From Terriglobia bacterium (GTDB taxonomy: Bacteria; Acidobacteriota; Terriglobia; 20CM-2-55-15), in contig CBDAOY010000008.1 in the NCBI GenBank assembly GCA_965198225.1, positions 1,152,001-1,216,000 of the forward strand: a DNA stretch of 64,000 nucleotides, read 5' to 3'. A program made the translations under genes and the position numbers. The first letter of the stretch is position 1; every line of letters begins with the position of its first letter. Below are positions 8,001-17,349 of this stretch, piece after piece. A model generated the notes under the pieces. It saw only the letters and a program-made list of their open reading frames with translations, made no database searches and was not told the DNA's origin.

Positions 8001-10911
8001 AACCCCGACTCCGCCACGACCGAGGAGGACCGGCCGGTGACTGTGGACATCCTCGCGAACGATTCCGATCCTGACGGCGACCCGCTGGACGTCGATCAAT
8101 GCAACAACCCGCCGAACGGGCGGATCGTCATCAACGTCGACGACAGCATTACCTACATTCCGAACCCCGACTTCAACGGTGACGACGCCGCCGACTGCAT
8201 GATCAACGACGGCCAGGGTGGTACGGCCACTTCTCGCGTCACCTTCACCGTCAGACCCGTCAACGATCCCCCGGTAGGCGTGGATGACAGCTACACCGTC
8301 GATGAAGACCAGGTGTTGACCGTGCTGGCTCCAGGCGTCCTGGCCAACGACACCGATGTAGAAGGGGATCCTCTAAAGGCAATTCTTGTGACAGACGTCG
8401 CAGACGGTTCGCTCGCGCTGAATGCCGACGGGTCGTTCACCTACAAGCCGAATTCCGACTTCAACGGATCCGACGGCTTCACCTATGTCCCCAACGACGG
8501 GACCGTCGACGGGAACATCACCGCGGTCACGATTCGCGTCAATCCGGTCAACGATCCTCCGGTCGCAACCGATGACAACGCTTCCACATCAGAGGACACG
8601 TCCGTTACGATCGACGTCCTCGCGAACGACAGCGATCCCGATGGCGATGGCCTGAACATCACTTTGGTCTCGAATCCAGCTAACGGTGACGCCACGATCC
8701 AGGGAACCGGCATCGCTTACTCGCCGGATCCCGATTTCAACGGACCTGACACCTTCAGCTACACCATCAGCGACGGTCAGACATTAGCTACCGCTACGGT
8801 CGACGTCGACGTAACAGCCCTCAACGACGCTCCCGTTGCAGCCGCCGACGCGTACTCGGTGAATGAGGATCAGATTCTGACCATTCCCGCTCCTGGCGTG
8901 CTCGGCAACGACTCCGATGTCGACGGTGATGCGCTGATCGCAAAACTCGGTCCAGATCCTCCTCCCTGGATAGCCTTGAACGCTAACGGGTCTTTTACGT
9001 ATACACCGGAGAACAACTTCAACGGCGTCAGGACCTTCACTTACGTCGCAAGCGACAGCACGGTCGACAGTAACATCGCCACCGTTACGATCACGGTCAA
9101 CCCGGTCAACGATCCGCCGATCGCCGGTGACGACACGGCAACCACTACGGAAGGAACGTCCGTTGTCATCAATGTCCTCGGCAACGACTCGGATGTCGAT
9201 GGTGACACCTTGAACGTTACCGCCGTCACGGATCCTCCGTCCGGGGATGCAACAATCAACACGGACCGCACGGTGACGTACAACCCCGACTCCGGATTCA
9301 CGGGCACCGATGCCTTCTCTTACACAGCCAGCGACAGCACCGGTCTCACCGCAACGGCCAACGTCACGGTCACCGTGAACACTGGTGGGATCGAGGTGTC
9401 GATCGACATCCGGCCCGGAAACCCGAACAACCGGATCAATCTCCAGTCCAACGGGTTGTTACCTGTCGCAATCTTCAGCACCCCCGAGTTCGACGCGACC
9501 ACGATCGATCCCGCGACGGTGACCCTGGCAGGAGCGGCCATTCGAGTCCTGAGAAACGGCAGACACCTCGTGGCACGGGTCGACCGCAACAGGGACGGTA
9601 TCCGCGATCTGCTCGCTTTCTTCCCGATATCGGAGCTCGAGTTGACGGTCCAGGATCAGACTGCAGTCCTGAGGGGTCGGACTGTCGACGGAACACGAAT
9701 CCGTGGTGAAGACTCCGTCCAGGTTTCTGACCGACAGGTTCGTCTCAGGAACAACGTCGTCTGGCCTTCGCCGCTGTACTCCACCCTGCAGGATGCGGTC
9801 GACGCTGTCCGGGATGGTGGCACGGTCCGGGTGCTAGCCGGTCGTCATGAAATCAATGAGCCCACCATTCTTGAAAGAGACGTGACGATTCGGGGAGGCG
9901 GCTGCGGCGAATGCCAGAAGCCTCGCAGCGCCGGTCGACCCAGAGGGCGAAGCACGGAGCTGGTCGGACCGACACCGACTACCGTCGTTGAAGCCGATCT
10001 TGCAATCGGCATGTTCACTTATGCAGGCGGCGGAGGCGGCGGGGGGGGGTATTGTCGGACGCGGGGGCGGGGGTGGCAAGATCAGAGACATCGCTCTGCA
10101 TGGCTTCGACGCCAGCATCGTCAGCATCACCACGAGCCGCCCGCTATCGGTCGAAAACGTCCTGATGGCGGACACAACGCGCGGCATATTGTGGATGGCT
10201 CCAGCCCCGCTTTCCGTCGATCAAGTGACGGTGAAAGGCGTTCTATGGAATGGCATCTCCCTCGTCGGCGACGGGGAGTTTGACGCTCCGTACCATCTGA
10301 GCAATACCGTCATGGAGGAAATCACGAACATCGGAATCCTCATCGTCGACAAGCCCGGAACCTGCAACTCGGATCACACGGTGACGAAACAAGACATACG
10401 TCAGACTTCGGGCGGTGGACTTGTGGTCATACGAAGCGGCGTGTGTGTTTTCGATTCGTTCTTCCTGGCCAACGCCTACTCCGGCATCCGCGCAATCGAC
10501 TCCGCGGTCTTTGTCCAGAATACTCTGGTCGCCGGCACGATTCCCCGCTCCGACGGCGGATACGGCGACGGCATCCTCGTCGCGAGTTCCGAAACACCTG
10601 GATCCGACGTCACTCTAGTCAACGCCACGCTTCAGACCAACAGCCGGACCGGCCTGTCCAACTTCGGCAGCAAGGTGACGATCGAGGAAGCGGACTTCGT
10701 CTGCAACATCGGATTCGACATGCACGCTGAATCCCAATATCCCATCAGCTTCACCGGACAACCGGGAGACACGGAGTTGAACATACCGTTCGACTTCGAT
10801 TTTCCGGATGAGGACAAGGTCACCTGCGGCTGCGGTGGCCAGGAACATGAGTGCAGTGTGATAAGTAGCGTGGGAGCACTACCGGCGATCGGGGGCGATG
10901 AGGAACCTTAA
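2097..10911 (+). CDS. Giant secreted/surface protein: signal peptide, SBBP beta-propeller region, 18 cadherin-like Ig (Big_9/tandem-95) repeats, IDIxPG domain, right-handed beta-helix tail; frameshifted at G9 10041-10049
   Basis: Hydrophobic N-terminus; FEPNQGQ/LEYDFIV/IDP then YSTYLGG...IAVDSSGAAYVTG repeats; 18 NDxPxAxDD units at ~4263-9380; ORF 2097..10283 turns to nonsense after the G tract while ORF 9988..10911 continues a plausible beta-helix. Confidence 0.85.
4263..9380 (+). repeat. Intragenic tandem array of 18 ~95-aa Ig-like repeats, including near-identical DNA duplications
   Basis: e.g. ~6841-7410 vs ~7411-7980 nearly identical; ~5985-6290 vs ~6547-6850 nearly identical. Confidence 0.9.
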
Positions 10912-10920
10912 ACCAGGACG

Positions 10921-10976
10921 ACCAGGAGGCTCGGAGAATAGAATTCTCTCCGTGCCTCCGCGCCTCCGTGGTTAAA
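10921..10976. repeat. 9-mer-periodic inverted repeat (ACCACGGAGGCWCGGAG family), degenerate copy
   Basis: CTCCGTGCCTCCGCGCCTCCGTGGTTAA right arm; between convergent genes. Confidence 0.7.
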
Positions 10977-10992
10977 ACCGGTTCTGGTCGGT

Positions 10993-11421
10993 TTAGTTGT
11001 GCGTGCCCAGCACGTTATGGGCCCCATGAATCAAAACGATCTGCCAGTCGTCGCCCATTTTTCTGAAAACGGCGCTGCCTAGACCTTCGATCACCGCTTC
11101 GCCACCCACTTCGATCGCGTAGTTGAAATGGGACCAGGCGGCGTCGGCCGAGGTAAAGACCTTGACGTTCCGGGTCACGATTTTCTGCCCCTCGACCATG
11201 AGCCGGCGGGTGATGAAGCCGGCGACGCGCTCCTTGCCTGCGATCGCATGCCCGTCTTCGTCGAGCCACACTGCTTCGGCGGCAAGATGCTTCTCGAAAT
11301 AAGCGGCATCCTGGTTGTTGAACGCCTTGATCGCATCATCGACCAGCGCGGTATCCTGGGCGTACGCCGCAGATACTCCCATCAACAAAATCAAGACAAA
11401 CAGAAACGCAAACTTCTTCAC
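10993..11421 (-). CDS. Secreted NTF2/SnoaL-like (DUF4440-type) protein
   Basis: Signal peptide MKKFAFLFVLILL..AYA; AFNNQDA..., VFRKMGDDWQIVLIH NTF2-like end. Confidence 0.75.
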   Translation of the reverse strand: MKKFAFLFVLILLMGVSAAYAQDTALVDDAIKAFNNQDAAYFEKHLAAEAVWLDEDGHAIAGKERVAGFITRRLMVEGQKIVTRNVKVFTSADAAWSHFNYAIEVGGEAVIEGLGSAVFRKMGDDWQIVLIHGAHNVLGTHN

Positions 11422-11533
11422 GATTGAACTCCTTTTTAAACAGTTGAAATGCTCGCCCAGACGGGCAAAAACGGAAAATAAGCCTATATATCATGCACTT
11501 ATCGATCACTTTTGGGAAGAATATCATTCCCCC

Positions 11534-11562
11534 TTGACTACCGAACATTTGTTCGGTATAAC
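11534..11562 (+). promoter_or_regulatory. Sigma70 promoter with LexA (SOS) box in the spacer
   Basis: TTGACT (11534) -17 bp- TATAAC (11557); palindrome ACCGAAC-ATTT-GTTCGGT at 11540-11557. Confidence 0.85.
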
Positions 11563-11568
11563 ACTCCA

Positions 11569-12351
11569 ATGCGTTCCGCGACGATTCGGGCCAAACTGGA
11601 GCTGGCACTGGCGGAAAGGAACCCTGCGCCGTTCAATCCGCCCCGGATTCCACGCCCGGAAACCGTTCCCACAGGCCTCGCTGAGATCGACCGGCTGACC
11701 GGGGGCATTCCCCGCGGCCGGATCACTGAAATCTTCGGGCCGGCCTCGTCGGGACGCACCAGCCTGCTTCTTTCGCTGTTCAGCCAGATAACAGGAAAAA
11801 ACGAAGAGTTCTGCTGCCTCGTGGACCCTGGCAATGCGTTCGATCCGGCTTCCGCGGATGCTGCCGGCGTCGATCTGGCAAGGCTGCTCTGGATCCGGGC
11901 CGAACCCGACATCGATCCGGTGCTCAAAACCACGGATCTGCTGCTTCAGGGAGGCGGGTTCGGGCTGATCGGCGTCGATTTCAGCGACGTCCAGCCACGA
12001 GACATCCACCGCATTCCCCTCTCGACCTGGTTTCGCCTTCAACGGGCTGCGGAAAATACCCCCACAATCCTCCTGTTCCTCGGCCAGGAATCATCGATCA
12101 AAACGTGTGCTTCGCTGGTGGTCCGGCTGGGGTTGTACGGCGCAGAATGGTCTCCGCACCTGTTGTGTGGCATCCATCCAAATGCCGAAATCATCCGGTC
12201 TAGGACAGATCCTGCGGCTGGATGGAGCGGCCGGAGCCAGCGCTGCCGGGTCGAATCGCCGCACTGCCTGCAGGCTGTCGCCGGGAGCCATGCCCCAATC
12301 ATCACCCCTGCACCCATAGGGGATCGGTATCAGAGGAGCTTTCCAGTATGA
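11569..12351 (+). CDS. imuA: ImuA (RecA-like) mutasome accessory protein
   Basis: PTGLAEIDRLTGGIPRGRITEIFGPASSGRTS RecA-like start; first gene of imuB-dnaE2 cassette. Confidence 0.85.
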   Translation: MRSATIRAKLELALAERNPAPFNPPRIPRPETVPTGLAEIDRLTGGIPRGRITEIFGPASSGRTSLLLSLFSQITGKNEEFCCLVDPGNAFDPASADAAGVDLARLLWIRAEPDIDPVLKTTDLLLQGGGFGLIGVDFSDVQPRDIHRIPLSTWFRLQRAAENTPTILLFLGQESSIKTCASLVVRLGLYGAEWSPHLLCGIHPNAEIIRSRTDPAAGWSGRSQRCRVESPHCLQAVAGSHAPIITPAPIGDRYQRSFPV

Positions 12352-13931
12352 GTACCAACGTTTCACGCATCGTGGATCATCTTGATGCCAGCCGGCCGGG
12401 GCTGCTTTACGGCTGCATCCATGTTCCGGATTCCCCCGTACAGGCTTTCGTACGCAACGAACCCGAGCTGAGGCGACAACAGGTCGCCGTCCTCGACGGC
12501 GCCTTCCCTCTCTTTACCGTGGTTTCAGCAAACCAGTTCGCGCGTCAGGCCGGCGTGGAGATCGGCATGACCAAACTACAGCTCGAGTGCTTTCCGGAGC
12601 TCCGCGTCCGCTACCGATCCCGAAACCAGGAAGACAGCATGCACCACGCTCTGCTGGACTGCGCACACTACTTTTCGCCACGCGTAGAAGACACGGCTCC
12701 CGACACCGTAGCGCTGGACCTGAACGGGTTGTTCAGAGTTTGGGGAACGCCACGAACCATGGCACAGAAACTGTTCCGTGCCGCCGACAAACTGGGAATC
12801 GAGGCACACATCGCGACGGCCAGCAACCCGGACGCAGCGATCCATGCCGCCAAGGGAGGAGCCGGCATCACCGTGATCCCGGCAGGCCAGGAGATGAAAC
12901 GATTGGGGGATCTTCCCCTCCAAGTCCTGTCTCCATCCGGAGAAATCTCCGAAACCCTCGCACGCTGGGGCCTGGAGACGTTCCAGGATCTGACACGACT
13001 CCCGAAGATCCAGGTTTCCGAGCGTCTGGGACAGGAAGGCGTCCACCTGCAGCAACTGGCTCGTGGAGAAACCTCACGTCCGCTGCTCACAAAAAAGGAC
13101 AAGTTACACTTCAGGGAATCGATGGAATTAGAACATTCTATTGACTCTTTAGAGCCATTGACGTTCGTCCTCAGCCGCCTCCTGAACCAGATCTGCCAAC
13201 GCCTGACGGCTCGAAACCTGACAACCAACAAGCTGGATCTCTCACTTTCGTTGGAGTCTGCCAGGGATCAGCCAGACAATTTCGTCCGGACAATTAACCT
13301 CCCGATTCCTATCCGGGATCCCAAAATCCTGCTGAAGTTGTTTCAACTGGATTTAGACGGCCACCGCCCACCGGCACCGATCGAAGCCGTCGCCCTCAAC
13401 GCCGAACCCGTCCAGCCCCGGCGCGTCCAGAACGGTCTGTTCTTCCCTCTGGCCCCCGAACCGGAAAAACTGGAGCTAACCCTGGCACGCATCGGATCGA
13501 TCGTCGGCGGCGACAACGTCGGCTCCCCCGAACTGCTCGACACCCATCGGCCGGACGCATTCCGGATGAAACGTTTTGATGTGACTCGCACCTCAAAGCA
13601 AAAACCGGCCCGACGTCGACCGGATCCCCCTGGAGCGGCGGATGGAACTACCGCTCCTGCCTCGATGGCCCTGCGCGCTTTGCGGCCTCCCATAACCGCT
13701 TCTGTCAAGATGCGCCAGGGCCATCCCTCCCGCGTTCACTTCTCCGGCAGGTCCGGGAAAGTCGTCGCGACGGCCGGCCCGTGGAACTCTTCAGGCCAAT
13801 GGTGGCGCCCCGACCCCTGGAACCGGGAGGAATGGGACGTCGAAGTCCAGAGCGGGCAGCAAAACACGCTCTACCGTATCTACCAGGACAAACGATCAAA
13901 TGACTGGTTCGTAGACGGTATCTACGACTGA
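12348..13931 (+). CDS. imuB: ImuB, Y-family polymerase-like protein
   Basis: ATGA overlap with imuA, GAGGAG RBS; FSPRVED, LARWGL, AGPWxxSGxWW...REEWDV...WFVDGIYD. Confidence 0.88.
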   Translation: MSTNVSRIVDHLDASRPGLLYGCIHVPDSPVQAFVRNEPELRRQQVAVLDGAFPLFTVVSANQFARQAGVEIGMTKLQLECFPELRVRYRSRNQEDSMHHALLDCAHYFSPRVEDTAPDTVALDLNGLFRVWGTPRTMAQKLFRAADKLGIEAHIATASNPDAAIHAAKGGAGITVIPAGQEMKRLGDLPLQVLSPSGEISETLARWGLETFQDLTRLPKIQVSERLGQEGVHLQQLARGETSRPLLTKKDKLHFRESMELEHSIDSLEPLTFVLSRLLNQICQRLTARNLTTNKLDLSLSLESARDQPDNFVRTINLPIPIRDPKILLKLFQLDLDGHRPPAPIEAVALNAEPVQPRRVQNGLFFPLAPEPEKLELTLARIGSIVGGDNVGSPELLDTHRPDAFRMKRFDVTRTSKQKPARRRPDPPGAADGTTAPASMALRALRPPITASVKMRQGHPSRVHFSGRSGKVVATAGPWNSSGQWWRPDPWNREEWDVEVQSGQQNTLYRIYQDKRSNDWFVDGIYD

Positions 13932-13982
13932 ACCGCGCAATCTCGCGATCAATCAACATCTCGCAAACCGTAACAAAGATTT

Positions 13983-14054
13983 TTAACCACGGAGGCTCGG
14001 AGGCACAGAGATTTTGATTTTTAGTTCTCCGCGCCTCCGTGTCTCCGTGGTTAA
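13983..14054. repeat. 9-mer-periodic inverted repeat
   Basis: TTAACCACGGAGGCTCGGAGGCACAGAG...CTCCGCGCCTCCGTGTCTCCGTGGTTAA. Confidence 0.85.
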
Positions 14055-14075
14055 ACCTCTTTCTCTTTGTTCCCG

Positions 14076-17000
14076 ATGTATGTCGAATTGCATGCCGCCT
14101 CCGCATTCAGTTTTCTCCAGGCAGCTTCCCAGCCCGAGGAGCTTGCCCGGATGGCGGCGCGGATGGACATGCCGGCGATGGCGCTCATCGACCGAGACGG
14201 GGTGTTCGGCGCGCCGCGGTTCCACCAGGAGGGCCGGCATCTGGGCATCCGGCCCCACATCGGTTCGGAAATCACCGCCGTCGGGGGGCATCGCTATCCC
14301 CTCTTGATCGCTACTCGGCAGGGTTACCGCAACCTGTGCCGGCTGGTCACGCGTATGAAGATGCGTGCGCGGAAGGGCGAAGGTGTCGCCACGCTGGAAG
14401 AACTGGCCGAACATGCCGCCGGGCTGATCTGCCTGACCGGGGACGAACATGGGCCGCTCACCGCCGCACTCCGCAACGGAGGCATCCCTGTTGCACGCCA
14501 GTGTCTCCGGCAATTGACCGATATATTCGGCCGGCTGAACGTGTACGTCGAGTTGCAACGCCATTTCGACCGCGAGGAGGAAGCCCGCACTCAGGCCGCG
14601 GTCGCGCTCGCTCGCGAGATGCGCCTGCCGATCCTGGCCACCAACGGTGTCCGCCACACCACGCACCGGGAGATCCTGGATGTGTTCACCTGCATCCGAA
14701 ACCATCGGACGCTGGAAACAGCGGGTCGCCTGCTCGCCCAGAACGTCGAACGACGGCTGAAAAGCCCGAAAGAGATGTCTTTGCTGTTCCGGGATCTTCC
14801 CGAAGCAATCGCGCACACCGAAGAGGCTTCCCGACGACTCCAATTCACGCTGAACGACCTCGGCTACGAGTTTCCCAAATACCCCGTTCCCGAAGGCGAA
14901 ACGATGGATTCGTTCCTCCGGAAGCGGACATACGAGGGCGCACGGAACAGGTATCGGCCACTGCACGAGAAGGCCCGGCGCCAGATCGAACGCGAACTGG
15001 CGCTGATCGAAAAACTCGAACTGCCCGGCTACTTCTTAATCGTCTGGGACATCGTCGGGTTCTGCCGCAGGCAGAACATCCTGATCCAGGGGCGCGGATC
15101 GGCCGCCAACAGCGCGGTCTGCTATTCGCTGGGGATCACCGCGGTCGATCCCGTGGGCATGGATCTGCTGTTTGAGCGATTCCTTTCCGAAGAACGCGGG
15201 GAGTGGCCCGACATCGACCTGGATCTGCCGAGCGGCGATGAACGGGAAAAGGCCATTCAGTACGTCTACGAACGTTACGGACAACGTGGCGCCGCCATGA
15301 CGGCCAACGTCATCTCGTATCGGGGTCGTAGCGCTGCCCGCGAGGTCGGCAAAGTCCTCGGTTTCGACACCGAAACCCTGAACCGTCTTTCTAACCTGGT
15401 CGGCCACTGGGAATACAAAGACCCCAAGGAAAACCTGGAGCTGAAATTCCGGACGGCCGGGATGGATGTAAACCATCCGCGTATCCAAAAGTTCATGGAG
15501 CTCTGCTGCGACATGCAGAACCTGCCGCGGCACCTCGGCCAGCATTCCGGCGGCATGGTGATCTGCCGCGGAGAACTGGATTCGGTCGTTCCGTTGGAGC
15601 CGGCGACGATGCCGGGACGATCGGTTGTCCAGTGGGACAAGGACGATTGTGCCAACATGGGCATCATCAAGGTCGACCTGCTGGGTCTGGGCATGCTGGC
15701 TGTGCTGAAGGACTCGATCGAATTGATCCGTGAAGGTTACGGCAAAGAACTCGACCTGGCACACCTGCCCTCCGACGACCCGACAGTCTACCGGACCTTG
15801 CACAAGGCCGACACGGTCGGGATGTTCCAGATCGAAAGCCGCGCGCAGATGTCCTGTCTTCCCCGCTTGAAACCCACCTGTTTTTACGACCTTGTCGTCG
15901 AGGTTGCAATCATCCGGCCCGGTCCGATCGTCGGACAGATGGTGCACCCCTACCTGAACCGCCGGCAGGGACGCGAGCCGGTCACCTATCCTCACCCGTC
16001 GCTCGGGCCTGTACTCCAGCGGACGCTCGGCGTACCGCTCTTTCAGGAGCAACTGTTGCGCGTCGCGATGATCGCCGCGGGATTCAGCGGAGGCGAAGCC
16101 GAAGGACTCCGGCGGGCCTTCGGTTTCAAACGATCCGAGGAAAAGATGGACGACATCGAAGTGAAGCTGCGCCAGGGCATGTCCGAGCGCGGGATCGCTG
16201 GCGAAGCCCAGAACCAGATCGTTCAATCGATTACATCCTTTGCCCTGTACGGGTTTCCCGAGTCTCATGCTGCCAGCTTCGCGTTGATTGCATACGCGAG
16301 CGCCTACCTGAAGTGTCACTACCTGGCGGCTTTTACCGCCGCCATCCTCAACAACCAGCCGATGGGGTTCTACAGCCCCGCGACGCTCGTCAAGGACGCC
16401 CAGCGACACGGGTTGCGCATCAAACCGATTCATGTCGGACGATCCGACTGGTTGTGCACGCTCGAACACCTGAAAGCCGACGAACAGAAATCAAAAACAC
16501 CATGGCCGGACATCGGGGTTCGCCTGGGTCTGAATTACGTTAAAGGACTCCGGGAATTCGCCGGCATGGCTATCGTTCGCGAACGCGCCAGGAGACCGTT
16601 TCGGTCGATCGACGATCTCGCACGCCGCGTCCCGGAATTACAGAAGAAAGAAATGACCCTGCTGGCTGAAGTCGGGGCATTGAACTTCATCAACCCCGAT
16701 CGCCCCCTGAACCGTCGGGACGCTCTCTGGCAGGTCGAACGCGCTTCGCGCCGTGCGGGTCCTCTCCTGGATCCGGTCATTGAACCGGACCGACCATCGC
16801 CGCTAAGACAGATGAGCGATGAAGAGCGCCTTGTTTCCGACTTCCGCGTGTCGGGCGTCACGGTCGGCAAACACCCCATGTCGTTCTGCCGCGACAGGTT
16901 GCACAAGATGGGCGTCCGGCGGGCCATCGACTTGCCCCACCTTACTCACGGGACCTGGGTAAAAACAGCAGGATGTGTCATCGCAAGACAACGCCCGGGT

Positions 17001-17228
17001 ACGGCAAAGGGCTTCGTTTTCCTCAGCCTGGAGGATGAAACAGGAATCGCGAACGCGATCTTCACCCCCGACATGCTGGAGCGGAACCGCGCCGTCATCA
17101 CGACGGAGCGATTCATCCTGATCGAAGGGCATCTCCAGCATCAGGACAATGTCGTCTCCGTGAAGGTCTGGAAAGTCCGGCCAATCTCGATCACCGAAGC
17201 GGAAACCAAATCCCGGAATTTCTACTGA
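14076..17228 (+). CDS. dnaE2: Error-prone DNA polymerase DnaE2
   Basis: YVELHAASAFSFL PHP domain, GRGSAANS, PDIDLD, C-terminal SRNFY (SRDF-type) motif. Confidence 0.96.
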   Translation: MYVELHAASAFSFLQAASQPEELARMAARMDMPAMALIDRDGVFGAPRFHQEGRHLGIRPHIGSEITAVGGHRYPLLIATRQGYRNLCRLVTRMKMRARKGEGVATLEELAEHAAGLICLTGDEHGPLTAALRNGGIPVARQCLRQLTDIFGRLNVYVELQRHFDREEEARTQAAVALAREMRLPILATNGVRHTTHREILDVFTCIRNHRTLETAGRLLAQNVERRLKSPKEMSLLFRDLPEAIAHTEEASRRLQFTLNDLGYEFPKYPVPEGETMDSFLRKRTYEGARNRYRPLHEKARRQIERELALIEKLELPGYFLIVWDIVGFCRRQNILIQGRGSAANSAVCYSLGITAVDPVGMDLLFERFLSEERGEWPDIDLDLPSGDEREKAIQYVYERYGQRGAAMTANVISYRGRSAAREVGKVLGFDTETLNRLSNLVGHWEYKDPKENLELKFRTAGMDVNHPRIQKFMELCCDMQNLPRHLGQHSGGMVICRGELDSVVPLEPATMPGRSVVQWDKDDCANMGIIKVDLLGLGMLAVLKDSIELIREGYGKELDLAHLPSDDPTVYRTLHKADTVGMFQIESRAQMSCLPRLKPTCFYDLVVEVAIIRPGPIVGQMVHPYLNRRQGREPVTYPHPSLGPVLQRTLGVPLFQEQLLRVAMIAAGFSGGEAEGLRRAFGFKRSEEKMDDIEVKLRQGMSERGIAGEAQNQIVQSITSFALYGFPESHAASFALIAYASAYLKCHYLAAFTAAILNNQPMGFYSPATLVKDAQRHGLRIKPIHVGRSDWLCTLEHLKADEQKSKTPWPDIGVRLGLNYVKGLREFAGMAIVRERARRPFRSIDDLARRVPELQKKEMTLLAEVGALNFINPDRPLNRRDALWQVERASRRAGPLLDPVIEPDRPSPLRQMSDEERLVSDFRVSGVTVGKHPMSFCRDRLHKMGVRRAIDLPHLTHGTWVKTAGCVIARQRPGTAKGFVFLSLEDETGIANAIFTPDMLERNRAVITTERFILIEGHLQHQDNVVSVKVWKVRPISITEAETKSRNFY

Positions 17229-17349
17229 GACCGGTGCCGCGTCACATACCTCAACGCCCGGACTGGGTTATTCTTGGCGGGTGACGGGGTATCGGCGACT
17301 TCAAGTTGTCATTCCCGAACAAGGAAGGCCGGAGCCGGGCCAGACTCTG

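Noticed and set aside
4263-9380. CRISPR-like or non-coding repeat array
   Set aside because: Repeats are in-frame ~95-aa protein domains; no repeat-spacer pattern or cas genes in the window
11569-12351. recA
   Set aside because: Short, divergent Walker A (GRT) and imuB-dnaE2 context indicate ImuA
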